A stretch of DNA of 62,948 nucleotides, counting the filler, from Reticulomyxa filosa (lineage: Eukaryota > Protista > Foraminifera), in the NCBI GenBank assembly GCA_000512085.1. It is 21 parts of 21 records of this genome, joined end to end, with 100 filler letters (N's around TTAATTAATTAA, not from the genome) between each part and the next. Parts side by side here need not be neighbours in the genome. Positions count along the whole stretch, not along the records: positions 50,086 to 57,921 come from ASPP01006321.1; positions 58,022 to 61,376 come from ASPP01022369.1; positions 61,477 to 62,948 come from ASPP01012170.1; 18 more parts are not named here. One strand, 5' to 3'. The notes below the pieces were generated by a model. That model ran no database searches, was not told the DNA's origin, and saw only the letters and a list, made by a program, of their open reading frames with translations. Within the stretch, counting starts at the first letter, position 1, and each line of letters starts with the position of its first letter. A program made the translations under genes and the position numbers. This document shows, piece by piece, positions 50,086 to 62,948 of the stretch.

Positions 50086-50943
50086 GAAGAAGAAGAAGAA
50101 GAAGAAGAAGAAGAAGAAGAAAGAGAAATAGAAGTAGATGTGCAAGTTAATGACAGAGGAGATGCACCAGCTATTGATCATGATCCCAAAAGGGATCAAA
50201 AAATCGAAGAAAAAAAAGAGGAAGCGCACATTCAAGGAAATCATGTTGCTATTGCTACTAACAATCAAAAAAATGATGACAAAGACAAAGATGAAAAAAA
50301 ATTAGAATTGGAAAAGGAATATCGGCGGACGAAAAAATGGCATGCGATTGGTGCTCCGAAAACCAAAATTGAACTTGTTGGGTGCACGCAAAGTGAACTC
50401 GACTTAGAGTGGAAACTTCTTGAAATGATCGCCAAACACGACTCTCCGAAAAAAGGTCGCACTCGTGGAAACAGCGAAAATGAAAGCACGGGCATCTTTT
50501 GCAAATGCGACAAAGAACTCATTCGCACTTCCATCGATCGCATTTACACTGGTATTGCCACGGTCACTTGCAACGTTTGCGAACGCCAAATCCCGTCCAT
50601 GGAAGAAGTACTCCATTGTCCTACCAACTCCAATCTTGCACATTTGCAAGGCTTCGATTTGTGTGAGTCTTGTGGCGAAGCTCGTCGCCAGTCACAACAT
50701 ATCACCAAACGCGTCCAATGTGCGTGTGGCAAACAAATGCAAGCCTTGTTGGCGAACAATTGCTATCCTTTTTCCACTGGCATTTCTTGTAATAAATGTC
50801 AACAGGTTGTTCACGAAAATAACGCCGTTTTCCATTGTCTTGATAGCAAATCTTCTTATCATCCCAAAGGCTATGACTACTGCTTGAAGTGTGCTGATGT
50901 TGTTTCCAACGTTTCCAGCACCAGGAGAATATGGCCATTTTAA
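50086..50943 (+). CDS. Protein with two tandem ZZ-like zinc-binding modules; partial
   Basis: Two copies of CxC..Y..CxxC..HC..H..G[FY]D[LY]CxxC. Confidence 0.7.
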   Translation, partial: EEEEEEEEEEEEREIEVDVQVNDRGDAPAIDHDPKRDQKIEEKKEEAHIQGNHVAIATNNQKNDDKDKDEKKLELEKEYRRTKKWHAIGAPKTKIELVGCTQSELDLEWKLLEMIAKHDSPKKGRTRGNSENESTGIFCKCDKELIRTSIDRIYTGIATVTCNVCERQIPSMEEVLHCPTNSNLAHLQGFDLCESCGEARRQSQHITKRVQCACGKQMQALLANNCYPFSTGISCNKCQQVVHENNAVFHCLDSKSSYHPKGYDYCLKCADVVSNVSSTRRIWPF

Positions 50944-51267
50944 CAATATTATTCCGATTTTTTTTCAGTTGTTTGGCTTCTATTGCCTCAATTCATGGCA
51001 TTTTACAAAAATAAATAAAATTTTGAATGTATATCTTTTTACTACTGCTCTCTTTGAAATTTTATAACGGCCATTAGATTTTTTAAGCTTTACCACTTTA
51101 TCAAATTAGATTGCTGGTAATCTTTTACACAAAACAGAGGGGTTTTGTCTAAGTAAGATAAATTAACAGAGCAAAGAGCGTTGCGCTCCTAAATGGAAAA
51201 AACTATTTGATATAAACCTTTTGCTAAAAAAAATTCTAAAACAAGTGATAAATTTCGTCCCAATAAC

Positions 51268-52508
51268 ATGGGAAATCGAATAACAAAAGCAAATACTATC
51301 AATGTAGAGACAGAAAAAGCTCAAAGCATAGATGCTTCAGTATCCTTTGAAACCTTGACCCCTTTGCCTACTCCACTTGGCTCAAGTCAATGTGTGACCT
51401 ACAAAAATGAAATACTAATTTGTGGAGGCTTAGGTACAAGAGATTGTTATTCCTATCATCTACATAAAAATGAGTACAAATTGATATGCTCTTATCCAAA
51501 AAATATAGAATTATTGGGACATTGTGTGGTGAAGCTTGTAAATAACAATACAAATGATATCACTTTATTGTCTTTCGGTGGAAGAACTAAGCATGCACTG
51601 ACGATGAGCTATATGAGTATTTGGAAGGGTGATGATGAAACTGAAATTTCAATTAAAAAGACAAAACATTGTAATAAATGGATACCCCTCACTGACAATG
51701 ACAACAATCCGATTCAAATTGGTGAACATGGTGATATCTATCAAGGAGCACGTGCATTAATTGGTGGGAGCAACAATCACTTGTTATTCATTAGTCATTA
51801 TCCAATGTCTATTGCCGTGTTTGATTTGAACACATTTCAATTCATAAAACGAGATATTTTACCAATTAGCAAAGATAATTGGATTAGATATCATTGCTTT
51901 GCGTCAAAGAGCACGAGTTGGCCATCAATAATTAACGATAATAAAAGAATATATGAAATGCTGTTATTTTATAAAAATTCGGGATTATTGATTGGATATG
52001 ACGAAGGGAATAACGCATTTACTTTTCACGATATGCGAGTTTGTACAACTATTAGATCAGTTGTATCGTATGGATACACTTGTATCAATGATTTCATTTT
52101 GCTTTTTGGAGGAGACGATGATTCTAAGCCTGGATTTTCTAACCAAGTGTACAAATATTCAATGAGCGAAAAGCAATGGATGAAATTTGAACAAACATTA
52201 CCTATATCATTAAGTGATTGTACTGCAGTATTAAGCAATGATGGTACTTACGTGCATATCCTCGGTGGATTTGATGGAGAGAAGAAATTATCAATACATA
52301 TAAAAACGAAAGTAAATAAATGGATGAATGAAACAGAAATAGAGAAACAATGGATTATACACGAAGAAGAGAAAAAATGCATTGAAGAAATCAAAGCCGA
52401 GCTACACGATATGAAAGGAGACTTTGCTATTAAAAAGCTAAAAGTTGAGTCGACATTTAAACAATTGAACAATAAGATGTTAAATAAGTGCAAGATTAAC
52501 TTTGTGAT

Positions 52509-52555
<47 letters not shown>

Positions 52556-53603
52556 GGAGATTGAAATAATAATCGAACATTGGCTTCATGCACTGTTCAT
52601 CAAGCGAGGATGGGTTGATGATTTTAACGTTATTATTGCGCGATATGTTCTGGTATTTGTATTTGTCATTCGATAATTTTTTAAAATACCCTTACAAATT
52701 AAATACAACAATCAGATGAAATACTTCAAGCCATTAAAAGTCCTTCAAGAGACTTTCGATTGCATAAATAATATAAAATTTTCACCTGATGCCACTAAAA
52801 TAGTCTCTTCGTTGGATGATGGAACAATTACTATTTGGGACAAAAAACAAGAAAAAATTCATATGTTAAGAGGACACAGATACCGAATTAATAGCGCACA
52901 ATTTTCATTTGATGGAACTTTGATTGTGTCTTGTTCGGTTGATAAAACACTTCGATTGTGGGATGTAAAATCGTATACGGAAATAATGCAGCTTGAGGGA
53001 CATTTAAGTTATGTAACAAATGCACAATTTTCGTCAGATGGAAAAACTATTGTGTCTGGTTCAAATGATCAAACAATTCGTCTATGGGATGCAAAGGTTG
53101 GACAAGAGATAAAAGTGATTGAAGCACATTCAAAAGGAGTGACCAATGTACAATTTTCAATCGATGATTCAAAGGTTATATCTTCATCTTATGACAAAAC
53201 AATTGGAATTTGGGACGTGAGAGCTGGCAAAAGAGTGAAAGAATTGAGAGGACACAGAGAGTATGTAGTAAAAGCGTGCTTTTCTCCCTGTGGTTATTAT
53301 GTTTTATCTTGTTCATGGGATAAAACCATTCGAATATGGGATCTGAGATCAGGAAAAGTGTTGCAAAAATTGGTAGGTCATTCTGCTGGAATAACTGATC
53401 TAAATTTCTTTCCAGATGGTCAAACTATTGTATCATGTTCAATTGATAAGACAATCAGATTATGGGATGTACGATTTGGTACAGAGATTCAAAAATTGTC
53501 TGGACATTCGGACGGTGTGACGGCAGCGGATATTAGTCCAGATGGTGGTACTATTGTATCATCTTCGCTTGATAAAACAGTCCGACTATGGGGATCATTG
53601 TGA
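51268..53603 (+). CDS. Kelch + WD40 double beta-propeller protein with MGN start
   Basis: Exon 51268-52443 (Kelch: ILICGG, LLSFGG, ILLFGG, VHILGG), linker exon about 52547-52652, exon 52716-53603 with 7 WD40 repeats. Confidence 0.9.
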
Positions 53604-54169
53604 AAACTATGGGTCTAACTATCACAAAAAACTAAATTTTTTTGTTTTTGAAAAGCTAATATAGTGACAATAAAGTGTCTATTTGTAAGAAGTAAGAGAA
53701 AAGAAGATGTTTCTAAATGATTGGAATCCATTACTATCCTAGTTTCGCCTAACAAACTATCATGGATCAAGACAGCGTTTTAACAAAATGTATCAAATAC
53801 TTAAAAAAACTGTTTAACTTTATTTCAGAAAGATAACAAAAGCAAATTATTCGATCTCTTTTCAATATCAAACAATTTTCGATTTTTATTTTTATAAAAT
53901 TAGAAAGGATTCTTTTGTTGGTTTTCTCAACATATTGTTTACTTGTATTGATACATTTTGCAAGCAGTAAGCCACAAGGCCTACGTTACTTATGGTAAAT
54001 CATTCAAATAGCTCTTTGGATTGTATTGCAAATAGAAACAATCCTTTAATGCCATTCTCCTTCATCTTTACGTCTTTTTGTAGAGACTGTTCTGGGGCAG
54101 CAATTTCGGAGTTCAGATTTTTGATTTCAAATTATAGATAATCTGTTATCTTGTTTGCAAATTGTAGGA

Positions 54170-55374
54170 ATGGGAAATAGAGCAACAATCGAAACGGAAC
54201 AGCAACAAGCAAATCCGGTAATGTCATTATTCTCACAAACGATCAGATAATCGAACATCTTTCTAAATGTGCTAGAGCAGTTTTGAGTCGACAAAATCAA
54301 AAAATCGAATAAAGAATAGTGCTCATATGTTAAAAAACAGTCAGAAAGTTCGATAAAAATAATAATTAAAAACTGGCTTCGAATTTCGGATATTAGTTCA
54401 GGATGGATCAAAGAATTTGACAAAATTGTTTTGAAATATGTTAAGTTGTTTATTTGCTTTATATATTATTACTCTCTCAATCCTTTCACATACAGACTAC
54501 ATCTTTTCAACTGTCGAGAATTTTGCATCCAATGAGCAAAATTATTTGTGTAAGGTTTTCAGTAAGTGGCCGTATGATTGTTTCTTCAACAAATAATGGA
54601 GCAATACAAATTTGGGACGTTGTTTTGGGAGAACAACTGCACATCGCGCAATTATACCACCATAGCTTTCACGCAATAAAGTTTTCGCCAGATGAAAATA
54701 GTCTTGTCTTGTGTGCAAGGAATGGTGTAATTCTGTTGTGGGACATAAATTTAAAAAGAGAAGTGATGAAACTTAAAGGACACACAGATGGAGTGTTTGG
54801 CGTGGATTTTTCTCCAGATGGTAAAAATATTATATCAGGTTCGTTGGACAAAACAATAAGAATTTGGGATGTAGCTTCAGGAAAAGAGATTCGAAAGATA
54901 GGAAGTCATCCGTCTGGAATAATGGATGCACAATTTTCATGGGATGGTAAAATGATTGTATCAGTATGTTATGATAACACCATTAGTATATGGGATACAA
55001 AATCAGGAAAAAAATTGAAAAAATTTAAAGGTCATTCTGGTACTATAGTATGTACAAAATTTTCACCAGATAATCAATTTATTGTGTCATGTTCAAACGA
55101 TAAAACAATTCGGATTTGGTGTTTAAAATCAGGAAAAGAAGTAAAAGCATTGAAAGGACACTCAGATTTTGTAAATGATGTGAAATATTTTCCAGGTGGT
55201 CAAATGATTGTATCTTGTTCGAATGACAAAACAGTTCGCATATGGGATGTGGTATCAGGAAATGAAATGCAGAGACTGGAAGGGCATTCTGATTGGGTGA
55301 CTGGTGTGGATGTTTCGTCATGTGGTACAATTGTATCCTGTTCTTACGATAAAACAATCCAAATTTGGGAGTAA
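54170..55374 (+). CDS. WD40-repeat protein with MGN start (Kelch-less paralog)
   Basis: Exons 54170-54217 (MGNRATIETEQQQANP), 54341-54439 (linker module) and 54495-55374 (7 WD40 repeats) splice in phase 0. Confidence 0.88.
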
Positions 55375-56438
55375 TGAACTTAACATCAAAATAAGAAGAG
55401 ATTTTTCTTTTCATTAAAAGTTCAAGATTGACTATTTTAGTAATTGAGAAAAGATACAAATATAATTTTTCTTTATAAAAAGAGAAGAAAATTACGATGT
55501 GTGTTTTAGTCAAACAATATTTTCTTTCTTTGTTGGCAACATTTTTTGATCAAATGACAATAAATTTTTGAACAATTTCTTTTAAAGTATCATTGATATC
55601 ACAGCAAACAAAAAAACATAGAAAAGTTTAAATTATTAAAATTAGCGTTTTATTGTGTTTAAAATTATTGTATAAAAATGTCAAAGGGTAATTCATTTTT
55701 ATTGTAGCCTCATTTAAATGTTTAGTGCTGAACTTAAATGACATTTTTGTATAAAACTATGTGCAAAATGTGGTAATTCCGCTCCTTCAATTGTTTTTTT
55801 CTTAAGATGGAAAAAGTCATTAAATTAAGAATTAAGTTAATTTTTATAACGAACTTTTTTTGTCTGTGGGAAAGTGTTTCTTGTTGAGTTTTTAAAAAGG
55901 TGATTAAATAGATACAATATACACATGATAAGAAATCCAAAAATAACATGACTTTGTGTTATTTATATATGCAATTTTTTATTTGCTTGTTTCATTTTCT
56001 TATTTAGTCATTTTTCGTTGGTAAATTAGAACAATTGGCATAAATAAATTATATCAAATGCTTTATCACTTGATAAGAATTTAACTTTCAAAATAATATA
56101 TATTTTTGTGAATGTGTGAAGATTTCTTTCATATTAAGTTCATTCCACTGTTAATCCAAGGACAATCAATATTATTTTTCTAATTCAACATAATGACGTA
56201 ATTTACTGAAATAGAAAATTCTTTTTTTTGTTATGAAATATTTCAACAAAAAAATTTTGAAAATTTTCATTTGCTAATTCAAAAAAGAAAATTATAGAAA
56301 AAAAAGTGAAAAATTGATTGGTGTTTAAAAACTACATAACTTTTCTTTCAGTTTTTTCATCGTTATTAACAACACTTCGCCAATTTTCGCAATTTATCAT
56401 TTTAATTAACTTTTTTTTATTTCATTTTATTTATTTAT

Positions 56439-56637
56439 TACATTTATGTTGAATAAAAAACTGAACACCTAAAATGCTACTTTATGAAGATTATTGATTT
56501 TCTCCATGAAAACAGACATTTAATATTAATTTTTTAAAAAATATATACAAATGTTGTAGTTTTTAAATTTGAAATCAATAATCTTCATAAGATGGCATTT
56601 TAGGTGTTCAGTTTTTTATGCAACATAACATAATGTA
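56439..56637. mobile_element. Second, longer copy of the same MITE family
   Basis: TA|CATTTATGTTGAATAAAAAACTGAACACCTAAAATG..TATGAAGATTATTGATTT, spacer, AAATCAATAATCTTCATA..CATTTTAGGTGTTCAGTTTTTTATGCAACATA..AATG|TA. Confidence 0.75.
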
Positions 56638-57094
56638 TTTATTTCATTTACTTTCGCGTCCTCAGTGGTAGTGATTACGATGTGATAAAAGATATGAAAT
56701 ATATCTCATTTTGTTCCTGGAAAAACAAACACTTACTTTTATGTGCTTTTATTTAAGAAATTTTTTAAACCAAGCTTTTATTTGCCAATTCTAAAAAAAA
56801 ATGTTTGGGTTTTTTTGTATTGTTGACACATCCAACAATATAAAGTATATCAGTTAATGTACTAGTTTTTTGCATTGTTGTCTTTTAATATGCTTTAACT
56901 TCCTTAGCCTAACACGATGTAAGTGATAGTATAAGTTGGTTGAAAATATTGCAAATTTTTTTGACAAACAAGCATTTTACAGATATTTCTAATACTTATT
57001 CTAATATTCAAACATACGAAAAGATAATCAACTTTTAGTCGTTGTCTGCATGGAGAAGACAACACAAGTTTAAAACAAGCAAACAAAATATTGT

Positions 57095-57905
57095 CTACTC
57101 GAAACACGGAAATCGACTTGTTAAAGGAGCAAAAATCGTATCAAAAACAAATATGCCTCCACCAATTTTTCCTTCAAACAAAGAAAGGGGATTGTCAGGG
57201 GTGGCATAAAAATCTTGCAATTGGTCAGTGTTCAACAAAAACGAAGCAAAACAAAAGGACTGGTACAAGTATTTAAGATTATGATGAAAGCTACGATACA
57301 TGCACAAGAAAGCATATCCATTGCCTCCAACTCCATGACACAACCCCGGGCCTTTACGTAATATACCTCTTTCCCAAACGACTTTATTGCACTCTTCGGC
57401 ATAAGTTGTAGTGCTGGCTGCAAATTTTTCATTTGAATGTGATAGCACTTGAAACGCTTTGGCATACAGTGAGACAAATGCAGGTGCACCATGACACCAA
57501 TGGACCTTATTTTTTGTATTTTTTTTTTTTATTCCAAAAAAAGATCTGGTAAGATAAGTTGTATTGAACAATCCAGACCATAACAAACAATAGAAATAAC
57601 TAATGCGTCTTCTTCCTGCTTTTTGTTTTTACTAAGTTTCGTCATATAATTTCCCGATTTCATTTGGCATTGACTCTTGCACGTTTCGATCATGGACAAC
57701 AATTCTCGATTGTATTTTTTAGTGAGCGCAGGAATACATAGGATGGAGTATAAAATCCCACTGACTCCATGTGCACCTCCAAGATACATGGTATTGTACC
57801 ACGACCACATCCACAAAAACTTGGAGTTGATTGATTTCGCAAAGGTTGAGCCTTTCGATATCACATTCTCGGCTACATTTATTACCTCTTCGCTGTCCAT
57901 TAAAG
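57095..57905 (-). CDS. LanC-like protein (LANCL/GCR2 family), C-terminal part
   Basis: YLGGAHGVSGI, HWCHGAP, LCHGVGGN, PDNPLSLFEG, FPCFE; zinc-ligand motifs intact. Confidence 0.92.
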
Positions 57906-59749
57906 GCTTTTTTTTTTTTTTNNNNNNNNNNNNNNNNNNNNNNNNNNNNNNNNNNNNNNNNNNNNTTAATTAATTAANNNNNNNNNNNNNNNNNNNNNNN
58001 NNNNNNNNNNNNNNNNNNNNNATACAGGTCTCCAAAGAATGCAATACCTGTCTTATCGAAATTGGAAAATGGTTGTGGTTGCGATACCAAGTAAGAAAAG
58101 ATAAAATGACGTTAGCGCATATTCAATTGCGAGTATTTAACACTTGCATCAAATTTTTGGATTGAAAAATGTTGTTTTTTGTATTTTTTTTAATAATTTC
58201 AATAACTTCCTCCAGCTCACATGACATCTTCCTGTCAAATTATATTCATCTTAAAAAATTTTTGATTTGCATATTTTCTAATTTCTTTTGATTTTTGCTG
58301 TCTTTGAAAAAACTCATAACTAGAATTAATTGCAATAGACTGATTTTACTTTGTATGAAGAAAAAAAAATAAGGACTCAAAAGAGCACGCTTAAGCGCCA
58401 ACTGTGCGAAATAAGAATTGATTCTTGCCATCATGTAGGAGTAGATGGCAAGAAGAATACACAAAACAGAAAGGAACAAGAAGACGATAAAGAAAAGATA
58501 AAGTCCTTTGTTAATTTTCGTAGCCAAAGAATTTGCACTTCCAATCACTAATATTACTGCCATTTTTGTTCTTATTTTAATTGGATTCAGACTCCAAAAA
58601 AGAAGACTGAAAATATCAATAGTAAAACAAGAGATACCAATGACAATGACAATGATGGTCGTAATGTCATTTGTTGTTTATTATATGATAAAATCATTAA
58701 TTTTTGGATATCGAAAGTAAATACAAATTTCATCAATTTAATTGACACTGGTAACGTTGTTGAAATTGAATTCTCAATATTTAATGATGACTGCTAATTT
58801 ATATTCGCGTCACATAACAATAATACATGAAAACATCTAAATTATTTTATGTTGTGTTTTTCGTATGGACAATAACAAGAATGATAAATAAGAGAAATAT
58901 TTAAACAAGATACCAGAATAAAAGAATCAAAAGCACGAAGAAAGTGATAATGGCAATAATCTGTATCAAACAATCATTTTTTCAATTTACAAATTCCAAT
59001 GTTTGGTAACTTCTTTTCGACAAACTCTCCACCCAAAGTACGGTGATTGCAAACGTATTTGATATCTCCATATCACAATTAATCATGTGTTTCCCCCATG
59101 TTGTAACAATTGACTTTTTTTTCATTTTCTTCAAGCGATGATAATTGATATATTTCAAAATTTTTCAGCCTTAAAAAAATTTGAAACATGTTATCAATAA
59201 TAATAATCTTTGCTCAGTTTTTATCGCGTTTTTGTTTTTCTATCTTCCACGCCCATAATTTTTATATGACTTGAGCAAGATTAACGCATGCCAACTCCAT
59301 GGTTGTGTCAAGTGGTGCATGAGGGCTCAGCCAATTTTCTAAAACAATCCAATGTTCGTTAAACCGATTTCTTTTCTTCTTGCTAACACGTGATTTTTTT
59401 TGTTTGTTTTTGAAATTCTTGAGATCAGAATACATACTTGCTTCAGCATTGCATTATTTCTTGATTTTTTTAAAAACCTTTTTTTTTTGTTTTTCCCCCC
59501 CCCTTTGCAATATATTATCGATGTTAATAGATTTTAGCGTTGTGTATAATCACAATGAAGAAATGTATATATGTATATATAATATTATGCATAACTGATC
59601 GATATTGGCCTAATTCAATGAGCAATTTATCGAACTCAGCATCACCAATATTTGTTGGTAATGTGAAGGAGCCATGACAGACACAGTGGTCATTCCTAAG
59701 CAAAAAGGAAAGATGTATAGGTTGTGGATAATTGATAGCCCAACGATTA

Positions 59750-61350
59750 CAACAGAACTGTGGATGACACACAATACTTTGTGGCTCCTGAGGGAAGAAG
59801 GTTGCTGGTCCCCTTTGAGTCCATGAAGAAGTTATATAATGAGACCAAAATAACGGAAAAGCAACAAGTGACGGGATAGTCGGTGGAATTGAAATCTGTC
59901 AATGAAGACAAGAGACCAAAAAAGATAAACCAAAATGCGTCCAAATATATATATATATATACATATAGATCAAGCAACGCAACCTTGCCACTATCTCCTG
60001 TGTCGAGAACGGCTCTATCACCGACTTTCACATTCGAAGAGGGGAGGGTATTCAGTCGCGCGTCTGGCCACATCGTCCATTTTCGACGATATAGATAGTT
60101 GAGTTCAAAGGCTTCTGTCAAATCTTGCCATTGGCTCAATTCGATATCGGAGCGCAATTTTTTCTCGAAGACGTAATGTAGGCTACGATATGATTAATGA
60201 TTTCGATAAGTTTGATGATTTCGGAGCGCTTTGTAAAATACTCGCCCTTTGCCATTGCGTCCATTGAGATATCAGTCATTTCAGGATTCGTCGCTCACAG
60301 AGCCAATGTACTTTACCTTGTCGATCCGTCCTTTCGTATCAACAGCAATTATTGTTCTGATGTTTGCCCAAGTTTTACTTCACGTCGACCAGTTTGATGA
60401 TTGGAGCTGCTTCTACTTCCCGATCAATGTGACAACCTCTTCTTCACTCAAATGCAACAAAAACGTGATCTCCTCTTGCTTCTTCTTTTTCGAACAATGA
60501 CTCTATCTCGAACTTGAATGTCATCGCTGTACACAAGCTCAGTTCGGACAATTGCAGGAACACTTTGTCAATGTCTTTCACCGTCACAAACAGTCAGTAG
60601 CCACGTCTCGTAGAAAACTTGCATTTACCATCATGGTCTTAAGCGAGTGGTTTATCCAACTTGATTTCAATGCTTTCATTTCTATTGACTCCTTTCATAT
60701 AAATTATATATTGTATACATTTTTTTATGTCATTCGTTCATTTGAATAAATAAAACAAAATTATAAATTATTATTCAAATAAACACACTATTTCAACACG
60801 ATCATTTACTTGCAATTTTCCAATCATTTCCATTCAAACTCGTTGTCTTGAGCATTTGTGTCCCCGGTAGTCACCACGCCCGATCTATCTATCGACTGAT
60901 AATTCGAAGGAGGTTCCATTTCCAGGTCTTCTGGGATTGTTTTGAGCTGTTTCTCCCTCAGCACTTTTGCACACATTTTTACCACCATTTGCAATAGACT
61001 CAAGTGGCTCAAATCCTACAATAGGCACATCCAACATGTTGGCTTGTCCAATATGAATATACATATATACTCTTTTTGGATATACCCAAATTTGGAACGC
61101 TTAAAGTTTACAAAATGTTTAGAAAAAAAAAATCTTGAGACTGACCCATGATTTTATCTTTAAGCAAGACACAGTCGCCCACTTCAAACAAGACTTCGTT
61201 ATTGTGGCTGCCATCCTCCAGTTGTTTGATAATTGTTTTCCTTGTGACAAACAAGCCATGGGGGCCTCTTTGGTGGTAGAGTAGTTGTTGCCATTGTGGC
61301 CTTTCATATTGGATTCGTCCAATCGTCTTTCTCAATGTTATTTGATCACA
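59750..61350 (-). pseudogene. Decayed CAP-Gly-domain gene
   Basis: GRIQY..GHNGNNYSTTK/GPHGLFVTRKTI, FEVGDCVLL and VKVGDRAVLDTGDSGKV spread over frames with stops. Confidence 0.5.
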
Positions 61351-61513
61351 CCTGCAAAAAAGTCAACAGATTGTTTNNNNNNNNNNNNNNNNNNNNNNNN
61401 NNNNNNNNNNNNNNNNNNNNTTAATTAATTAANNNNNNNNNNNNNNNNNNNNNNNNNNNNNNNNNNNNNNNNNNNNTTTTTTTTTTTTTTAAAAAAAAAA
61501 AGGGGGGGGGTAA

Positions 61514-62182
61514 CCTCTTGAGCATTTCCAATATCCCCACAATTGAGCTCCATTCAACGCTACAGCAACAAAGGTCAAAGGCAGCCACTTAAAATCAAAT
61601 CTGACCAAACTTGACAAAGCAAACAATGCCCAAATCAATGGCGTGCTTACCAAAGAGTACCAAAAGATCCCCCACTCTTTGTTGTTTCTGGAATCTCTGG
61701 CTGACGATTCAAATTTCCATTCCGTGTTCCCGTCTTCCTTCACGTCATTCCACCAGCGTAACCCAACCAACAAACGCCCACTCACATTTTTTACTACCCA
61801 AAAATCACATGCCAAAGTCAGCACAATTAGCACAAATACAAACACAAAATTATTGCTAAACCATGTCCCAAAGATGTAAGTTCCAAGCGATGCAATCTGA
61901 GAAGGAGAGGCAATAGTGATTGCATGCGTTTGTGTTTGTGACGTTCAAAACATCAGAGCAAATAAAAAAAAAACAAAGCAAATGCATATACATATACATA
62001 TATTTACATATATGTACTTTGAAGAAAAGAGTGAAAAATGATGTCACTGGGTGCTCTGTCGTCTCTTCTGTGCTACTGCTACTATTCATTCGATTTGTTG
62101 GGCTGTTTGGTGTTATTTTGGTTTCTGGTCTATGCTCTCCTACATTCAAAAATACCACATCTTCTTCGTTGTCATTATGCAT
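61514..62182 (-). CDS. TVP23: Golgi membrane protein TVP23/FAM18; 3' end missing
   Basis: HPVTSFFTLFFK, intron, then DFWVVKNVSGRLLVGLRWWN..WKFES..FW..LWGYWKC. Confidence 0.93.
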
Positions 62183-62559
62183 TTTTAATTTATATCAAGA
62201 AATTTGATATCCTTTAAACAATACTGATAATTATTTTATTTTTTTTTTCAAGTCTTTTTTTTGTGTGTTCTTCTCCTCTTGTGAACTTTAATACTTACAT
62301 TCTCAAATTTCTTTTTTTTGTGGTCTCTAATGATATGGCACAAAAAAAAAGACTCTATTATTATGCCTTTTCAAACGCTACCATTGTTCAAAAGTAAAAC
62401 TGCAGTAACTACAGCCTCCGATTCAAACTCTTAAACTGGAACCTAAAAAGACAGTGAAGGCGATTCATTTAGCAGCAGAAAAAGTGTTGAAGGGTACGTT
62501 GTGAGCTTTCTTTTTTTTTTACTGTTTCGTACATATACATCCCTGGCCGAAAAACAAAA

Positions 62560-62840
62560 AATATTTCGAAGATGTCAACAAATTTTGTTACAAAAGGAAC
62601 AGATATAATCAAAGAGGCTGTCATCAAAGACAATGATGTAGGTTTTATGTGTCTATTTTTCCGTGGTCCCCTGGAAATCCATTTTATGGAACGAGTGTAG
62701 ACAAGGATTTCAACACATACGACACAACAACAAAAAAAACTATTTAAATAAAAAAAATAGAATGAGTTTGAGGAAGCGTTTAAACTCTATAGCTCAGGCA
62801 TAGAATATCTGATGACAGGACTAAAATACAATCCCAAGTA
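62560..62840 (+). CDS. MIT-domain-like fragment (VPS4-type), possibly disrupted
   Basis: Spliced IKEAVIKDND|NEFEEAFKLYSSGIEYLMTGLKY resembles MIT helices; flanking frames contain stops. Confidence 0.45.
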
Positions 62841-62948
62841 ACCAAAATGCCGTCAGACAAATCGTTAGCGCAACAGTAAACGACGTTACCATTGAAACAA
62901 GAGATAACAAAAAGATTTGACAGCGCCCTTTTGGGATTTGTTTCATAC

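Noticed and set aside
57095-57905. Lanthipeptide biosynthesis cluster
   Set aside because: Intron-containing eukaryotic LanC-like gene; no precursor peptide or dehydratase is visible on the contig.
59750-61350. Stop-codon reassignment to explain in-frame stops
   Set aside because: Intact genes end in TAA or TGA and have no internal stops; the broken regions also have frameshifts, which fits pseudogenes.
1053-61476. Regularly recurring TTAATTAATTAA motif as a biological repeat or CRISPR-like array
   Set aside because: Always centred in exactly 44+44 Ns; it is an assembly spacer. ORFs ending in X..LIN are artefacts.

Overview
This window is not contiguous DNA. It is 21 short contigs joined by 20 artificial 100-nt spacers (N44-TTAATTAATTAA-N44), so gene neighbourhoods mean something only within a contig. 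The DNA is eukaryotic: AT-rich, short GT-AG introns (about 50-150 nt), many microsatellites. The expanded WD40, Kelch-WD40 and NACHT-WD40 families fit a rhizarian/foraminiferan such as Reticulomyxa filosa (inference). I spliced genes by hand, and all homology calls rest on remembered motifs, not database searches. Housekeeping genes: importin-alpha, a RAD21/REC8 kleisin, phosphatidylserine decarboxylase, a RhoGAP, a RanBD protein, LanC-like protein and TVP23. Highlights: (1) a 3' gene fragment with the full metazoan-type lamin signature (IF rod-end motif, lamin-tail Ig domain, CaaX), whose last exon the ORF track missed; (2) one contig clustering a vWA gene head-to-head with an atypical HSPA12-like Hsp70, followed by coiled-coil genes carrying a MIEAP-like (possibly GrpE-like) domain and an unnamed domain, a candidate Hsp70/co-factor system; (3) an RNF213-like giant protein fragment; (4) an NLR-like NACHT-pentapeptide-WD40 gene; (5) a Trl1/CNPase-like RNA end-healing module; (6) a two-copy Tc1/mariner-type MITE; (7) a conserved ~33-aa exon module shared by four WD40 genes.
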